A stretch of DNA of 64,000 nt from Deinococcota bacterium (lineage in GTDB: Bacteria; Deinococcota; Deinococci; Deinococcales; Thermaceae): assembly GCA_041694855.1 (NCBI GenBank), contig JBGFSB010000024.1:1-64000 (forward strand). Direction: 5' to 3'. Numbering within the stretch: position 1 is the first letter of the stretch; each line of letters opens with the position of its first letter. Of this stretch, positions 10,644-20,234 are shown in pieces. A program made the position numbers and the translations under genes. The notes under the pieces are model-generated. The model was not told the origin of the DNA. It ran no database searches and saw only the letters and a program-made list of their open reading frames with translations.

Positions 10644-11810
10644 ATGAAAGAACGCGCCGTTTTGGTACTTGAAGATGGAACCGTCTACCCCGGCTATGCC
10701 TTCGGGCACCGGGGTAAGAACGTGGGCGAAGTGGTGTTCAACACTGCCCAGACCGGCTACCAGGAAATCCTGACCGATCCCAGCTACCACGGGCAGATTG
10801 TGGTGATGACCTACCCCCATCAGGGCAACTACGGCGTGAATGTGTTTGACATGGAGAGTAACCGCCCCTGGGTGCGCGGTTTTGTGGCTCGAGAGTTCAG
10901 CAAGTATACTGCCGGCCCCCGCGCCCAGCAGAGCCTGGAAGAGTTCATGCGGGAGACCGGCGTGATTGGCCTGGAAGGCATAGACACCCGCGCCCTGGTA
11001 CGCAAAATTCGCGAGGGAGGGGTGCTGAAAGGGGTGATTGCCCATGCCACCCTGTTTGGTTCGCCCGGCTACCGCTTTACCCCCGAAGACCTGGCCGCCC
11101 TGCGCGAGGAGGCCCGCCTCTGGAAAGACATAGACGGGTGCGACATGACCCCCGAGGTCTCGACGCCACTTCCCTACCAGTTTCCCACCTTCAAGGGCAG
11201 GCGCCGGGTGGTGGTGATGGACTTCGGCATCAAACACGCCCAGATGCGCTACATGGCCGAGATGGGCTTCGAGCTGATTGTAGTGCCCGGCAAGACCAAC
11301 CCCGCGCAGATTATGGCTCTGGAGCCCCACGGCTTGTTTGTATCCAACGGCCCCGGCGACCCCGGTATGCCGCGCTATGCTCACCAGACCCTCTGGAAGC
11401 TGATGGGACTGGTTCCTACTTTTGGCATCTGCCTGGGCCACCAGTTGCTGGGTCTGGCGGCGGGTGGACGCACCTTTAAGCTCAAGTTTGGACACCGGGG
11501 GGCCAACCATCCGGTCAAAAACCTGCTGACCGGCAAGGTCGAGATCACCAGCCAGAACCACGGCTACGCGGTAGATCCCGATAGCCTGACGGAGTTTAAA
11601 CCCACCCACATCAACCTGAACGACGGAACCCTCGAGGGCATGGCCCACCTGCGCTACCCGGTCTTCAGCGTCCAGTACCACCCCGAGGCCTGCCCCGGCC
11701 CCCACGACTCGATTTATCTCTTTCACCGTTTCCTGGAGGAAGTAGACGCCTTTAACGGACTGACCGGTACGCCGGTGGAGAAACAAAAGGTGGGGAACCT
11801 GGGGGTCTAG
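10644..11810 (+). CDS. carA: Carbamoyl-phosphate synthase small (glutaminase) subunit
   Basis: Class-I glutamine amidotransferase triad region ([10 protein letters not shown] and E downstream) and CarA N-domain; carB not adjacent. Confidence 0.93.
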   Translation: MKERAVLVLEDGTVYPGYAFGHRGKNVGEVVFNTAQTGYQEILTDPSYHGQIVVMTYPHQGNYGVNVFDMESNRPWVRGFVAREFSKYTAGPRAQQSLEEFMRETGVIGLEGIDTRALVRKIREGGVLKGVIAHATLFGSPGYRFTPEDLAALREEARLWKDIDGCDMTPEVSTPLPYQFPTFKGRRRVVVMDFGIKHAQMRYMAEMGFELIVVPGKTNPAQIMALEPHGLFVSNGPGDPGMPRYAHQTLWKLMGLVPTFGICLGHQLLGLAAGGRTFKLKFGHRGANHPVKNLLTGKVEITSQNHGYAVDPDSLTEFKPTHINLNDGTLEGMAHLRYPVFSVQYHPEACPGPHDSIYLFHRFLEEVDAFNGLTGTPVEKQKVGNLGV

Positions 11811-12026
11811 CAAAGCGCGATTTTCTTTTCATGGGTTTTGGTGTATCGCAACATCGTGGTACAGATAAATGGCGATTTGCCGGAAGCGAAGGCAATGCGG
11901 TACAAGCGAGCCCTCGAATCCCTGCGCTGATCCGGTTTTGTAGGGCTTTGCAGAAACGGCTTTCTGTGCTCGATGGGTCTGAGCGCAAAAGCATCCCATA
12001 GCGAGCCTTCAGGCCGCCTGGCCGTG

Positions 12027-12179
12027 GTCATTCTGAGGAGGCGTTTTTTCCGACGAAGCATCTCTTACTGCGTCATGCCCGCTTCTTGTCGGCGGTGAAA
12101 GTCCTTTTCACAACATCGAGTTGGCGTATGTTCGCCCTTCGGAGATTCTTCGACTCTGCTAGGCTCCGCTCAGAATGAC
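12027..12179. repeat. 153-bp unit bounded by 11-bp terminal inverted repeats GTCATTCTGAG / CTCAGAATGAC (MITE-like)
   Basis: Exact inverted 11-mers seen in sequence; interior non-coding with CGAAGG-type motifs; sits in an 870-bp gene-free region. Confidence 0.4.
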
Positions 12180-12350
12180 AACGGTGTGGGGATGGTTTTT
12201 CGGGATTTTCGGTGGAAGGTCTCGAGCCATTTAGTAGTCTTTAGTAGAGTGCGGTGTGTACCACTTTTCGAGGTCGGCGGGTTGGTGCGCAAGCATACGC
12301 GAGAGTTGCCGCACTTCGGTCGGCCTCGAGCCCTCTGCTAAACTGTTGAT

Positions 12351-12581
12351 ATGGCGGAAGCTCGTCTGAATCGCGGCAAAATCCAGGTCTTCTCAAGCTT
12401 TGAGGGAATGGGGCTTCAAGACCGCCTCGAGGTCACGACCAGGTCCGACTGCTACGGTCGTAAGGTCATCGCGGAGATTGACGGCGTGCAGGCCAGTCTG
12501 ATCTCACTCGACGACCTCAAGCCCAACCAGCAAGCCAGTGGACGGCTCAAAGATCTGGCCGACCTCGAGAGCCTGCCCTGA
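12351..12581 (+). CDS. Small hypothetical protein (76 aa)
   Basis: Only ORF in long intergenic region; codon usage genome-like; no SD, no recognisable family. Confidence 0.3.
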   Translation: MAEARLNRGKIQVFSSFEGMGLQDRLEVTTRSDCYGRKVIAEIDGVQASLISLDDLKPNQQASGRLKDLADLESLP

Positions 12582-12678
12582 CCACAACTCCTTGCGACAC
12601 GATCCATAAGGGGTTCATTTAGACCCGCTTCCAGGTCAGCCTATCCGAAGCCTCTGGGCTATGGTAGGCTGAACCGGC

Positions 12679-14043
12679 ATGACAAAACAGCTTTCCCTGC
12701 GGGAAAAGTGGGGCTACGGGGTGGCCGATATTGGGGCCTCGCTCTCGTACAACACCATCAATTTCTTTCTGCTCTTTTTTTTGGTTGAAATAGTCGGGCT
12801 GGGGCCGGCCCTGGCGGGCCTGGCCCTGCTCTCCGGGCGCCTGTTTGACGCCTTTACCGACCCGGTAATGGGGCTGATCACCGACCGCACCCGCAGCCGC
12901 TGGGGCCGCCGCAAGCCCTATATCTGGATCGGGGCGGTTCCCTTTGGCATCAGCTTTGCCCTGCTGTGGACCATCCCCGAGGGTTCCCACCTCGCAGTGT
13001 TTGCCCTGGCGGCCCTGGCTTTATGGCTGCATATCCTGATCTACACCACGGTGCAGGTGCCCTACATGGCCCTCACCCCCGAGTTAGCGCCCGAGTACAG
13101 CCAGCGCACCGCCCTGACCAGTTATCGAATCGGCTTTGGCACGCTGGCCTCGCTGATTGGGGCTGCGGTGCCACCGCTGCTGATTTCGACCTTTAATGCC
13201 GGCCAGGGGCTCCCCCAGGACGCCCGTTTCGGCTGGATTGGTATGGGAATCGTCTTTGGCATTCTGATGAGTCTCTCCTACCTGACCATGGCCGCACTGG
13301 TGCGTGAGCGAACCGGCCAGCTCGAGCCTCCGGGCAGACTCGAGCTGTGGCGGGAGTACCGCTCGGTCTTTGGGGCTTTCGGATTTCCTCAAGTGCTGCT
13401 GATTTTTGTGGCGGTCACCATCGGGCTGGGGGTGGTCTCCTCGATTTTGCCGTTCTACCTGATCTCGGCCATTGCGCTCTCGGCGGGCGAGCAGACTGCC
13501 ATCCTGGGGCTCTTGTTTGGGGTGGCGATCCTGGTTCTGCCGGTCTGGAACCTGGTTTCGGCCCGTGTAGGCAAGAAAGCCGCCTTTATAGCTGGTTTGC
13601 TAACCCTGAGCCTGAGTCTGGTTCTGCTGGTCACGCTCTCGCCAGCGGGCTGGCTCTCGCCACTGCTACTGTTTTTCACGGTATTTGCTGGGATCGGAAC
13701 CGCTACCGTACTGCTCTTCCCCTGGGCCATGATTCCCGATGTGGTCGAGTTCGATGAGCTGGCGAGCGGCAAACGCCGTGAGGGGCTGCTCTACTCAATC
13801 TTTACCTTCGGACAGAAGACCGCTTTTGCGCTGGGGGCATTTCTGAACGCGATGATGCTCGAGCTGGTCGGTTACGACCGCGAAGCCGTGGTACAGACCG
13901 CCCAGGCCGTATCGGGAATTCAGTGGATGGTCGGCCCGGTAGCCGCGCTGATGTTCTTCCTGGCTGCCCTCCTGGTCTGGCGCTACCCTATCACCAAAGC
14001 CCGGCACGATGAGGCTCGAGCCCGACTGGCCCAGCGGCGCTGA
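12679..14043 (+). CDS. MFS transporter, glycoside-pentoside-hexuronide (GPH/MelB-like) cation symporter family
   Basis: N-terminal GYGVADIG ... LFDAFTDPVMGLITDRT ... RWGRRKPY motifs characteristic of GPH family; 12 predicted TM. Confidence 0.85.
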   Translation: MTKQLSLREKWGYGVADIGASLSYNTINFFLLFFLVEIVGLGPALAGLALLSGRLFDAFTDPVMGLITDRTRSRWGRRKPYIWIGAVPFGISFALLWTIPEGSHLAVFALAALALWLHILIYTTVQVPYMALTPELAPEYSQRTALTSYRIGFGTLASLIGAAVPPLLISTFNAGQGLPQDARFGWIGMGIVFGILMSLSYLTMAALVRERTGQLEPPGRLELWREYRSVFGAFGFPQVLLIFVAVTIGLGVVSSILPFYLISAIALSAGEQTAILGLLFGVAILVLPVWNLVSARVGKKAAFIAGLLTLSLSLVLLVTLSPAGWLSPLLLFFTVFAGIGTATVLLFPWAMIPDVVEFDELASGKRREGLLYSIFTFGQKTAFALGAFLNAMMLELVGYDREAVVQTAQAVSGIQWMVGPVAALMFFLAALLVWRYPITKARHDEARARLAQRR

Positions 14044-14238
14044 GCGGGCAGTTGCTAGCCCCCTGACACGAAATCTATTCTGCTCCAAATCGAATATCTG
14101 CCTTGTCCAGGTAAATCCTGTAACCGATCCCGTGCGAAACTTACCCCCTGGAGCCCGTAACGGGCTTTCACTGGCAGGTACGGCTGCTGGATGCCTGCAT
14201 AACCACCCGGCGGGCCTTCCATCGCCTATTCTGGAGAT

Positions 14239-17200
14239 ATGGAGCGGGGGTTAGTTCGAACCGACCCCCTGACCGGGGCACGGTCGCGGGAGGGTTTCGA
14301 AGAAGCGTTGCGGGAAATTCTGGCCTCAGCCAGCGTGCTGGGGCTGCATACCTCGCTGTTGATTCTCGACCTGGATCACTTTAAGAGCATCAATGATGTG
14401 TTTGGTCATATCCGTGGCGACCAGATTCTGCTCGAGTTTGTGGGGCGGGTGAGTGAGCTGGTGCGGGGCTCGGACTTGCTGTTTCGGTATGGCGGCGACG
14501 AGTTTGTGCTGGTCTTGCCCCAGACCAATCAGGAGCAGGCGGTGGGGTTGGCCGAGCGGTTGCTGTCTATGATCAAAAGCAAGCCTTTTGCGGGGGATCC
14601 CCCGCTCTCGGTCTCGGTGAGTGTCGGGCTGGCAACGGCTGCCCCAGGCCAGGAAGACCCCCAGGGACTGTTTGAACGGGCCGACATTAGCCTGTATGCG
14701 GCCAAAAGGGCGGGTCGGGGCCGTCTGGCGGGTCTGGAAGTTTTGCCGGAAGGGTCTTCGGGACGGCTGCTCGAACGCGAAGCTGCCAGCCAGAGCGCCC
14801 AACGCTTTCTCAAGGTGTTGCCCCAGTTGCGCCGGGCAGCCTTGCTGGTAGCTGGGCCGGAGAAGGCGGGCCACAGTGGATTTTTGCGTGAGGTAAGCCA
14901 GGCGGCTAAGCTGCTGGGCTACCGGGTGGTGTACCTGGTGGGACGGCGGGCCTATGCCACCCATCCCTTTGGGGCCTTGCTGGATGGACTGGGCCTGGAG
15001 GAAAGCGAACGAGCGATAGCAGGCGACTGGCCGGGCCTTTCGAAAAGGCTGTCCGAGGTCGCACAGGGGGTGGTCTGGTGTGTGGATCGGCTGGAACTGC
15101 TGGACGCGGCCAGCTTGAACGCCCTGCAACGCCTGATGCAGGCTGGCGATGGCCCGGTGATGGGGCTGGTGCTGGTGGGCACGCCGGAGGCCAGGGCTGA
15201 AGCCTGGCTGGGTTCGATACCGCGTGAGCAGGTTGTCCTGACCCCATTTTCGCTGGATGCCACCAGGGTTTTTGTGCGCACCCAACTGCGCTGGGAAGCA
15301 CCGGGTGAATTTATTGGTTGGTTGTGGCAACAGTCCGAAGGGTTACCCGGGCGCATGGTGCAGATCGTGCAGGATTTGCGCCGGGCCAAAGCCCTGATTC
15401 CCGGTAGCGAAGGCTATGCCCTGATGCCCGACTATGCCCAGCGCTACGAGGGCATGGGGCCAGAAATTCCCCCAGCCCTGCCCCGGCCCAGCAGTAGCCT
15501 GATCGGACGGGATCGTGAGGTGGTGGCGCTTAAGCGCTTGCTGCAAGAGCGCCGGCTGGTGAGTGTGACGGGACCGGGTGGGATGGGCAAGACCCACCTG
15601 GTCAGCCAGGTCGCGCAGGAGGTTGAGCACCTCTACCGCGATGGGGTGCTGTTTCTCTCGCTGGCTTCGCTGGCGGATGGGGCCGGGCTGGCTATGCGGC
15701 TGGCCCAGGAGGTGGGCCTTAAGCCCAGGGGCGACGAGGTCGAGGCCCTGAAGTTGCATTTTGCGCAGCGGGAGATGCTACTGGTGCTGGACAACCTGGA
15801 ACACCTGCTGGGGGGTGTGGAATTCTTGTCCCGCTTGCTGATCGTGCCGGGTCTGACCATCCTGACCACCTCGAGGGAGCGGCTGGGCCTGCCCGAAGAA
15901 TGGGTCTATGAGCTGGGGGGTTTGCAGACGGTGCCCGGCGACGCTAACCCGCTGGCTTCGGGGGCCATGCGGCTCTTGTTGCAGGCCGCACGGCGGGTCG
16001 AGCCGAATCTGAACCTGGGGGGGACCGAGCTGGGGGCGGCCCAACAAATATGCAGCATGGTCGAGGGTATGCCCTTGGGGCTGGAACTTGCTGCGGCCTG
16101 GGTAAGGGTGTTGCCGCTGAGCGAGATTGCCCGCGAGATAAGGCACAACCAGAGTTTTTTGAACCTGCCGGATGCGGGTCTGGATCGCCCCGAGCGGCAC
16201 CATAGCCTGGAAGCGGCTTTTGGCTCGTCCTGGGCTTTTCTGGAGCCTGCCCAGCAGATGATTCTGGCCAAGCTGGCGGTTTTTCGCGGGGGTTTCGAAC
16301 GCAAGGCTGCCGAGGCGGTGGCGGGAGCCTCGGTCTCGTCGTTGCTCTCACTGATTAGCCTGTCGCTACTCAAGCGCGATTTACAGCGCCAGGGACGCTA
16401 CCAGATGCACGAGCTGCTGCGGCAGTTTGCCCTGGCCAGGCTCTCGAAATCGCCTGAAGCCTGTACCCAGGCCCAACAAGCCCATGCGGCGTTTTATCTG
16501 AATTTTGCTGAGGCCATCGCGCCCGAACTCAAAGGGGCTCAGCAAGCCGAAGGGCTGGAGCGAGTAGCCCTCGAGCTCGACAACCTCCGGGTGGCTTTGA
16601 ACACCTTCAAGCAGACGGGCGATGCCGAGCGAGGACTGCGACTGATGGTGGCGCTCGAGTGGTTTTTTTATGTGCGGGGGCTGTTTACCGAGGGAGTAGG
16701 GTGGCTCCAGGAGTTTTTGCCAGGGACGGTTTTTTCCACCCAGACCCAGGCGGGGGGCCTGCGGGTGCTGGCCTCGCTCAACAAAGAACTGGGTAGGGTG
16801 GAACAGAGCAAACAACAACTGCAAGAGAGCCTGGAGCTATTTCGAGGGATTGGAGACGTGCAGGGCACGGCTTCGGTACTGCACCTTCTGGGGGTTATTG
16901 CCCGCGAAACAGGTCAACCCTATGAAGCCCAGCGCCTCCTGGAGGAAAGCCTGCAGTTGCGCAAGACGGTGGGGGATTTGTGGGGAGTGGGAACCTCGCT
17001 CAACGACCTGGCGATTGTGCAGGCCTATCTGGGCCAGGATGCCGAAGCCAGGGAATTGTTTCTGCAAAGCCTCGAGGTCAAGCGCCAGGTGGGCGATATT
17101 CAGGGGATGGCCTACGCCACTGCCAATGTGGGGCATTTCCATGACACGGTCGAGGAACGCATTGCGGCCCAGGAAGAAAGCCTGGCGCTCAAGCGCAAAA

Positions 17201-17583
17201 TCAACGACCATCAGGGTATCGCCAACTCGTTGCACAATCTGGCTGGAATCTATCTGCAACAAAAAAATTACGCCCTGGCCCAGGTACGCTATATCGAGGC
17301 CCTGTCGCTTTTTTTGGAGCTGGGGGTTCCGTCTCGTCTGGCCAGTGCGCTGCTGGCCTATGCCGGTTTGCTCGAGCAGCTTGGCTACCTCGAACAAACC
17401 CAGAAAATCGTGTGGGCGGTTGACCACTGGCAAGGCCAGCCAGGCAACCACCTTTCGCCGGCCAGTCAGGATACTTTCGGGCGGCTCAGACACAAGGCGG
17501 GGGTGCTTCCGCAGGGCGGGATTATGGGCCTGGAGGAGCTGGCTCGAGAGTTGATCGGGATCTCAGGAGAGCTCATGTTTTAA
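14239..17583 (+). CDS. Multidomain signalling protein: N-terminal GGDEF diguanylate cyclase; degenerate AAA_16-like module; NB-ARC/STAND P-loop NTPase; C-terminal TPR array
   Basis: RGSD I-site + RYGGDEF motif (14476-14505); degenerate Walker A GPEKAGHS (~14851); intact Walker A GPGGMGKTHL (~15571); repeated TPR-like helices with LG/YLG patterns through C-terminal 400 aa. Confidence 0.85.
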   Translation: MERGLVRTDPLTGARSREGFEEALREILASASVLGLHTSLLILDLDHFKSINDVFGHIRGDQILLEFVGRVSELVRGSDLLFRYGGDEFVLVLPQTNQEQAVGLAERLLSMIKSKPFAGDPPLSVSVSVGLATAAPGQEDPQGLFERADISLYAAKRAGRGRLAGLEVLPEGSSGRLLEREAASQSAQRFLKVLPQLRRAALLVAGPEKAGHSGFLREVSQAAKLLGYRVVYLVGRRAYATHPFGALLDGLGLEESERAIAGDWPGLSKRLSEVAQGVVWCVDRLELLDAASLNALQRLMQAGDGPVMGLVLVGTPEARAEAWLGSIPREQVVLTPFSLDATRVFVRTQLRWEAPGEFIGWLWQQSEGLPGRMVQIVQDLRRAKALIPGSEGYALMPDYAQRYEGMGPEIPPALPRPSSSLIGRDREVVALKRLLQERRLVSVTGPGGMGKTHLVSQVAQEVEHLYRDGVLFLSLASLADGAGLAMRLAQEVGLKPRGDEVEALKLHFAQREMLLVLDNLEHLLGGVEFLSRLLIVPGLTILTTSRERLGLPEEWVYELGGLQTVPGDANPLASGAMRLLLQAARRVEPNLNLGGTELGAAQQICSMVEGMPLGLELAAAWVRVLPLSEIAREIRHNQSFLNLPDAGLDRPERHHSLEAAFGSSWAFLEPAQQMILAKLAVFRGGFERKAAEAVAGASVSSLLSLISLSLLKRDLQRQGRYQMHELLRQFALARLSKSPEACTQAQQAHAAFYLNFAEAIAPELKGAQQAEGLERVALELDNLRVALNTFKQTGDAERGLRLMVALEWFFYVRGLFTEGVGWLQEFLPGTVFSTQTQAGGLRVLASLNKELGRVEQSKQQLQESLELFRGIGDVQGTASVLHLLGVIARETGQPYEAQRLLEESLQLRKTVGDLWGVGTSLNDLAIVQAYLGQDAEARELFLQSLEVKRQVGDIQGMAYATANVGHFHDTVEERIAAQEESLALKRKINDHQGIANSLHNLAGIYLQQKNYALAQVRYIEALSLFLELGVPSRLASALLAYAGLLEQLGYLEQTQKIVWAVDHWQGQPGNHLSPASQDTFGRLRHKAGVLPQGGIMGLEELARELIGISGELMF

Positions 17584-17896
17584 GGAGTTCCTGGCGGGCT
17601 TAAACGGAATATCGGCAGCGCTCCCAGAAGCCAGTAACTGCATACTCTCCCGCTACCGCCCAAACTCGAGTAGCTCGCTACTCTGCCCGCCAAACTGCCC
17701 TCGCTGACCTGCTTGACCACCCCTACCCCTTCGGCAAACCAGTAGGTGGCCCTGCCGCCAAAACCGATGCCCAGCTCACCCCGGAAACGGGCCTCCAAAG
17801 GCCATGATAGATAATGATCCCCAAACGTTATGAGGAGTTACAGTGCCCTTCACATCTTACCCTTCCTGGCGGCAAAACATCTGCTGGGCGTGAAAA

Positions 17897-18835
17897 TTGG
17901 AGAAGTCTACTGTAGCCGGCGCCCGGTATATGTCGCTAAAAAAGTGTTTCAAACCTCACCTTTTAGTCGTAAGCCTTTACAATACCCCAATGGGTTATTC
18001 TGCTCAGACACAGGTATGGAAACCTCATCCTACCAGCCCCGGCCATACCGTGGTGGGAGAGGTACTGGTCTATAAAGATTTGCGCAGCCCGCAACTGGGT
18101 AACAAGCGCGATATTTTGGTCTACCTGCCCCCCTCCTACCGCAAGACCAACCGACCCTACCCGGTGCTCTACATGCACGATGGACAAAACATCTTCGATG
18201 AAGCCACCAGTTATGTGGGCGAGTGGCAGGTGGACGAGAGCATGGAGAAGCTGGCCCAGGAGGGCATAGAGGCCATCGTGGTGGGGGTGCCCAACACGGG
18301 AGTGGAGCGTCTCAACGAGTACAGCCCCTTCCGTGACCCCAAGCATGGCGGCGGCAAGGGTGAGAAATACCTCAAGTTTCTAGTCGAAACCATCAAACCC
18401 TTTATAGATGACGAGTTTCGTACCCTTCGGGGCCGCGACCAGACCGGGGTGATGGGTTCTTCGATGGGTGGGTTTATCAGTCTGAGCGCCTACTATTTCT
18501 ATCCCCAGGTCTTTGGCAAAGCGGGAGTGGTGAGTCCGGCGTTCTGGTTTGCCGATGGGGCAATCTACAACTTTGTGGAGAAAGCCCCTCAGGTGCCGGG
18601 CAGACTCTATATGGATGTGGGCTTCCGCGAACTCACCCTTTCACACGTCAGTAGCCGCCGGTATCTGGAAGGGGTGCGCCGAATGCACCGCTTGCTTACG
18701 CAAAAAGGTTGGCAGCCCGGTCACGACTACCTCTACATCGAAGACCAAGAAGGGGTGCACAACGAGGGCCACTGGGCGCGGCGTTTCCCCGAGATGATGC
18801 GTTTCCTGTTTGGCAATGGGATAGCCAGGGACTAA
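17897..18835 (+). CDS. Putative esterase family (enterochelin esterase/Fes-like alpha/beta hydrolase)
   Basis: ILVYLPPSY ... YPVLYMHDGQN ... GSSMGG motifs; true start may be ATG 17990. Confidence 0.8.
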   Translation: MEKSTVAGARYMSLKKCFKPHLLVVSLYNTPMGYSAQTQVWKPHPTSPGHTVVGEVLVYKDLRSPQLGNKRDILVYLPPSYRKTNRPYPVLYMHDGQNIFDEATSYVGEWQVDESMEKLAQEGIEAIVVGVPNTGVERLNEYSPFRDPKHGGGKGEKYLKFLVETIKPFIDDEFRTLRGRDQTGVMGSSMGGFISLSAYYFYPQVFGKAGVVSPAFWFADGAIYNFVEKAPQVPGRLYMDVGFRELTLSHVSSRRYLEGVRRMHRLLTQKGWQPGHDYLYIEDQEGVHNEGHWARRFPEMMRFLFGNGIARD

Positions 18836-19261
18836 GAGCAACCCCGGATGCTGCTATCCAGATCCTTTCGTTGCGCCTTCGATGGTGCATAGCACTAGCA
18901 GGGGCAGACTTTTATCATGAGGTAGCTCTTTTGCTTTGCCCCCACCCGTCCCTTCGTTCGGCGAAGCAGGCGTCTCATACCTACCTGGCATAGAGAGTAT
19001 TCGATTAATCAGCCTGGAGAATGTCATCGCGAGGAGGCCGCAGGCCAGCGAAGCAGTCCAGCAGGAGCGCAAACAGCACCTGACCGATGGGTTGCTCGGG
19101 ACTGCTTCGCCGGAGGGCTACACCTCAGAGCCTTGCCGAAGGGCCTTGAGCGCAGTCGGAGGACTGCGCTGACGGCGACTATGGTGATGTATTAGCCGAG
19201 GGATGATTATGGATATGAATTCGGTATCAGGGAATGGAAAGCGGTTAGACTGAGGCCAGCC

Positions 19262-19846
19262 ATGCGTGTTCTGGTGACATCACTCAAGGGCGGGGTGGGC
19301 AAGACCACCACGGCGGTACACCTCGCAGCTTTTTTGCAACTGCGCGGCCCTACGCTCCTGGTGGATGCCGACCCGGCAGAGGGGGCTTTGGTCTGGGCGC
19401 GGCAGGGGGCGGGGCTGCCCTTCGAGGTCGCAGGCCCCGAGGATGCCCGACCCAAGCGATTTGAGCACGTGGTGATTGATACCGCTGGACACCCTAAGGG
19501 CAAAACCTTGCGCGAGTACGCCGACAAGGCCGATCTGGTGGTCGTACCCACCTCACCAGGAATGCTCTCACTGGTCAGTTTGGAGCAGTTTGTCGGGGAG
19601 CTCGAGGGCCTCCCACTCAAGATCCTGGTTACGCTGGTTCCGCCCTTCCCCTCGCTGGATGGACTGCGTACCTTTGCCCACCTGAAAGCCAGAAAATTTC
19701 CCCACTTCAAAAACGCCATCCATCGCCTGGCCGCCTACGAAAAAGCTGTGCTGGCTGGAACTGTGGTGCAGAATATACCCGACTCCAGAGCCCTGCGTGC
19801 CTGGGAAGAATATGTCATGGTGGGGCGGGAGATGCTGAAAAGATAG
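19262..19846 (+). CDS. Small ParA/MinD-family P-loop ATPase (orphan, no parB)
   Basis: Deviant Walker A KGGVGKTT at N-terminus, 194 aa; flanked by ~400 bp non-coding on both sides. Confidence 0.8.
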   Translation: MRVLVTSLKGGVGKTTTAVHLAAFLQLRGPTLLVDADPAEGALVWARQGAGLPFEVAGPEDARPKRFEHVVIDTAGHPKGKTLREYADKADLVVVPTSPGMLSLVSLEQFVGELEGLPLKILVTLVPPFPSLDGLRTFAHLKARKFPHFKNAIHRLAAYEKAVLAGTVVQNIPDSRALRAWEEYVMVGREMLKR

Positions 19847-20234
19847 CCAGAACAGGGGAGAGTATTTCGCGCCGATAGGGGGCAAGCAACCGTTGCCTGA
19901 GAAGAAATCCGCCAGGAGCCTTCCGCTCCGTGAAAAAAAATATCGCCATGTTGCCCGTCACGGTATGCTGCCAGGTATCTCCTGGCTAGGAATTTGCAGT
20001 GCGCTGAAAGGCTCGCAACCGAACGGCGTCGAAGCAAACCCCAGCAATGCAGCTCCGAAGAAACCATCATCGCAACTTCTATCCTGGGCGCACTCAGACC
20101 CCGAAGCAGTCCAGGAAGTACCCGCCGAGGCAGCTATCTCTGGGTTGCCTCGCTCTCGCGGGCCATGCGAGACGATGGGCACTAACCCGAACGCCAAGCC
20201 CGGTTGCGTACTTTCCTTGCCCCTGGCCCTCCTC

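Noticed and set aside
10581-11813. 410-aa ORF antisense to carA (and similar long antisense ORFs at 6017-7066, 14326-15330, 28903-29886, 30266-31459, 41245-42063, 44052-45077, 5255-6007)
   Set aside because: High-GC genomes give long stop-free antisense frames; sequences are low-complexity Gly/Arg/Pro-rich, lack SDs and domain signatures, and overlap genes with strong homology.
17580-17798. 72-aa minus-strand ORF (ELGIGFGGRATYWF...) downstream of STAND gene
   Set aside because: Short, no SD, no partner context; possibly a gene remnant but unsupported.
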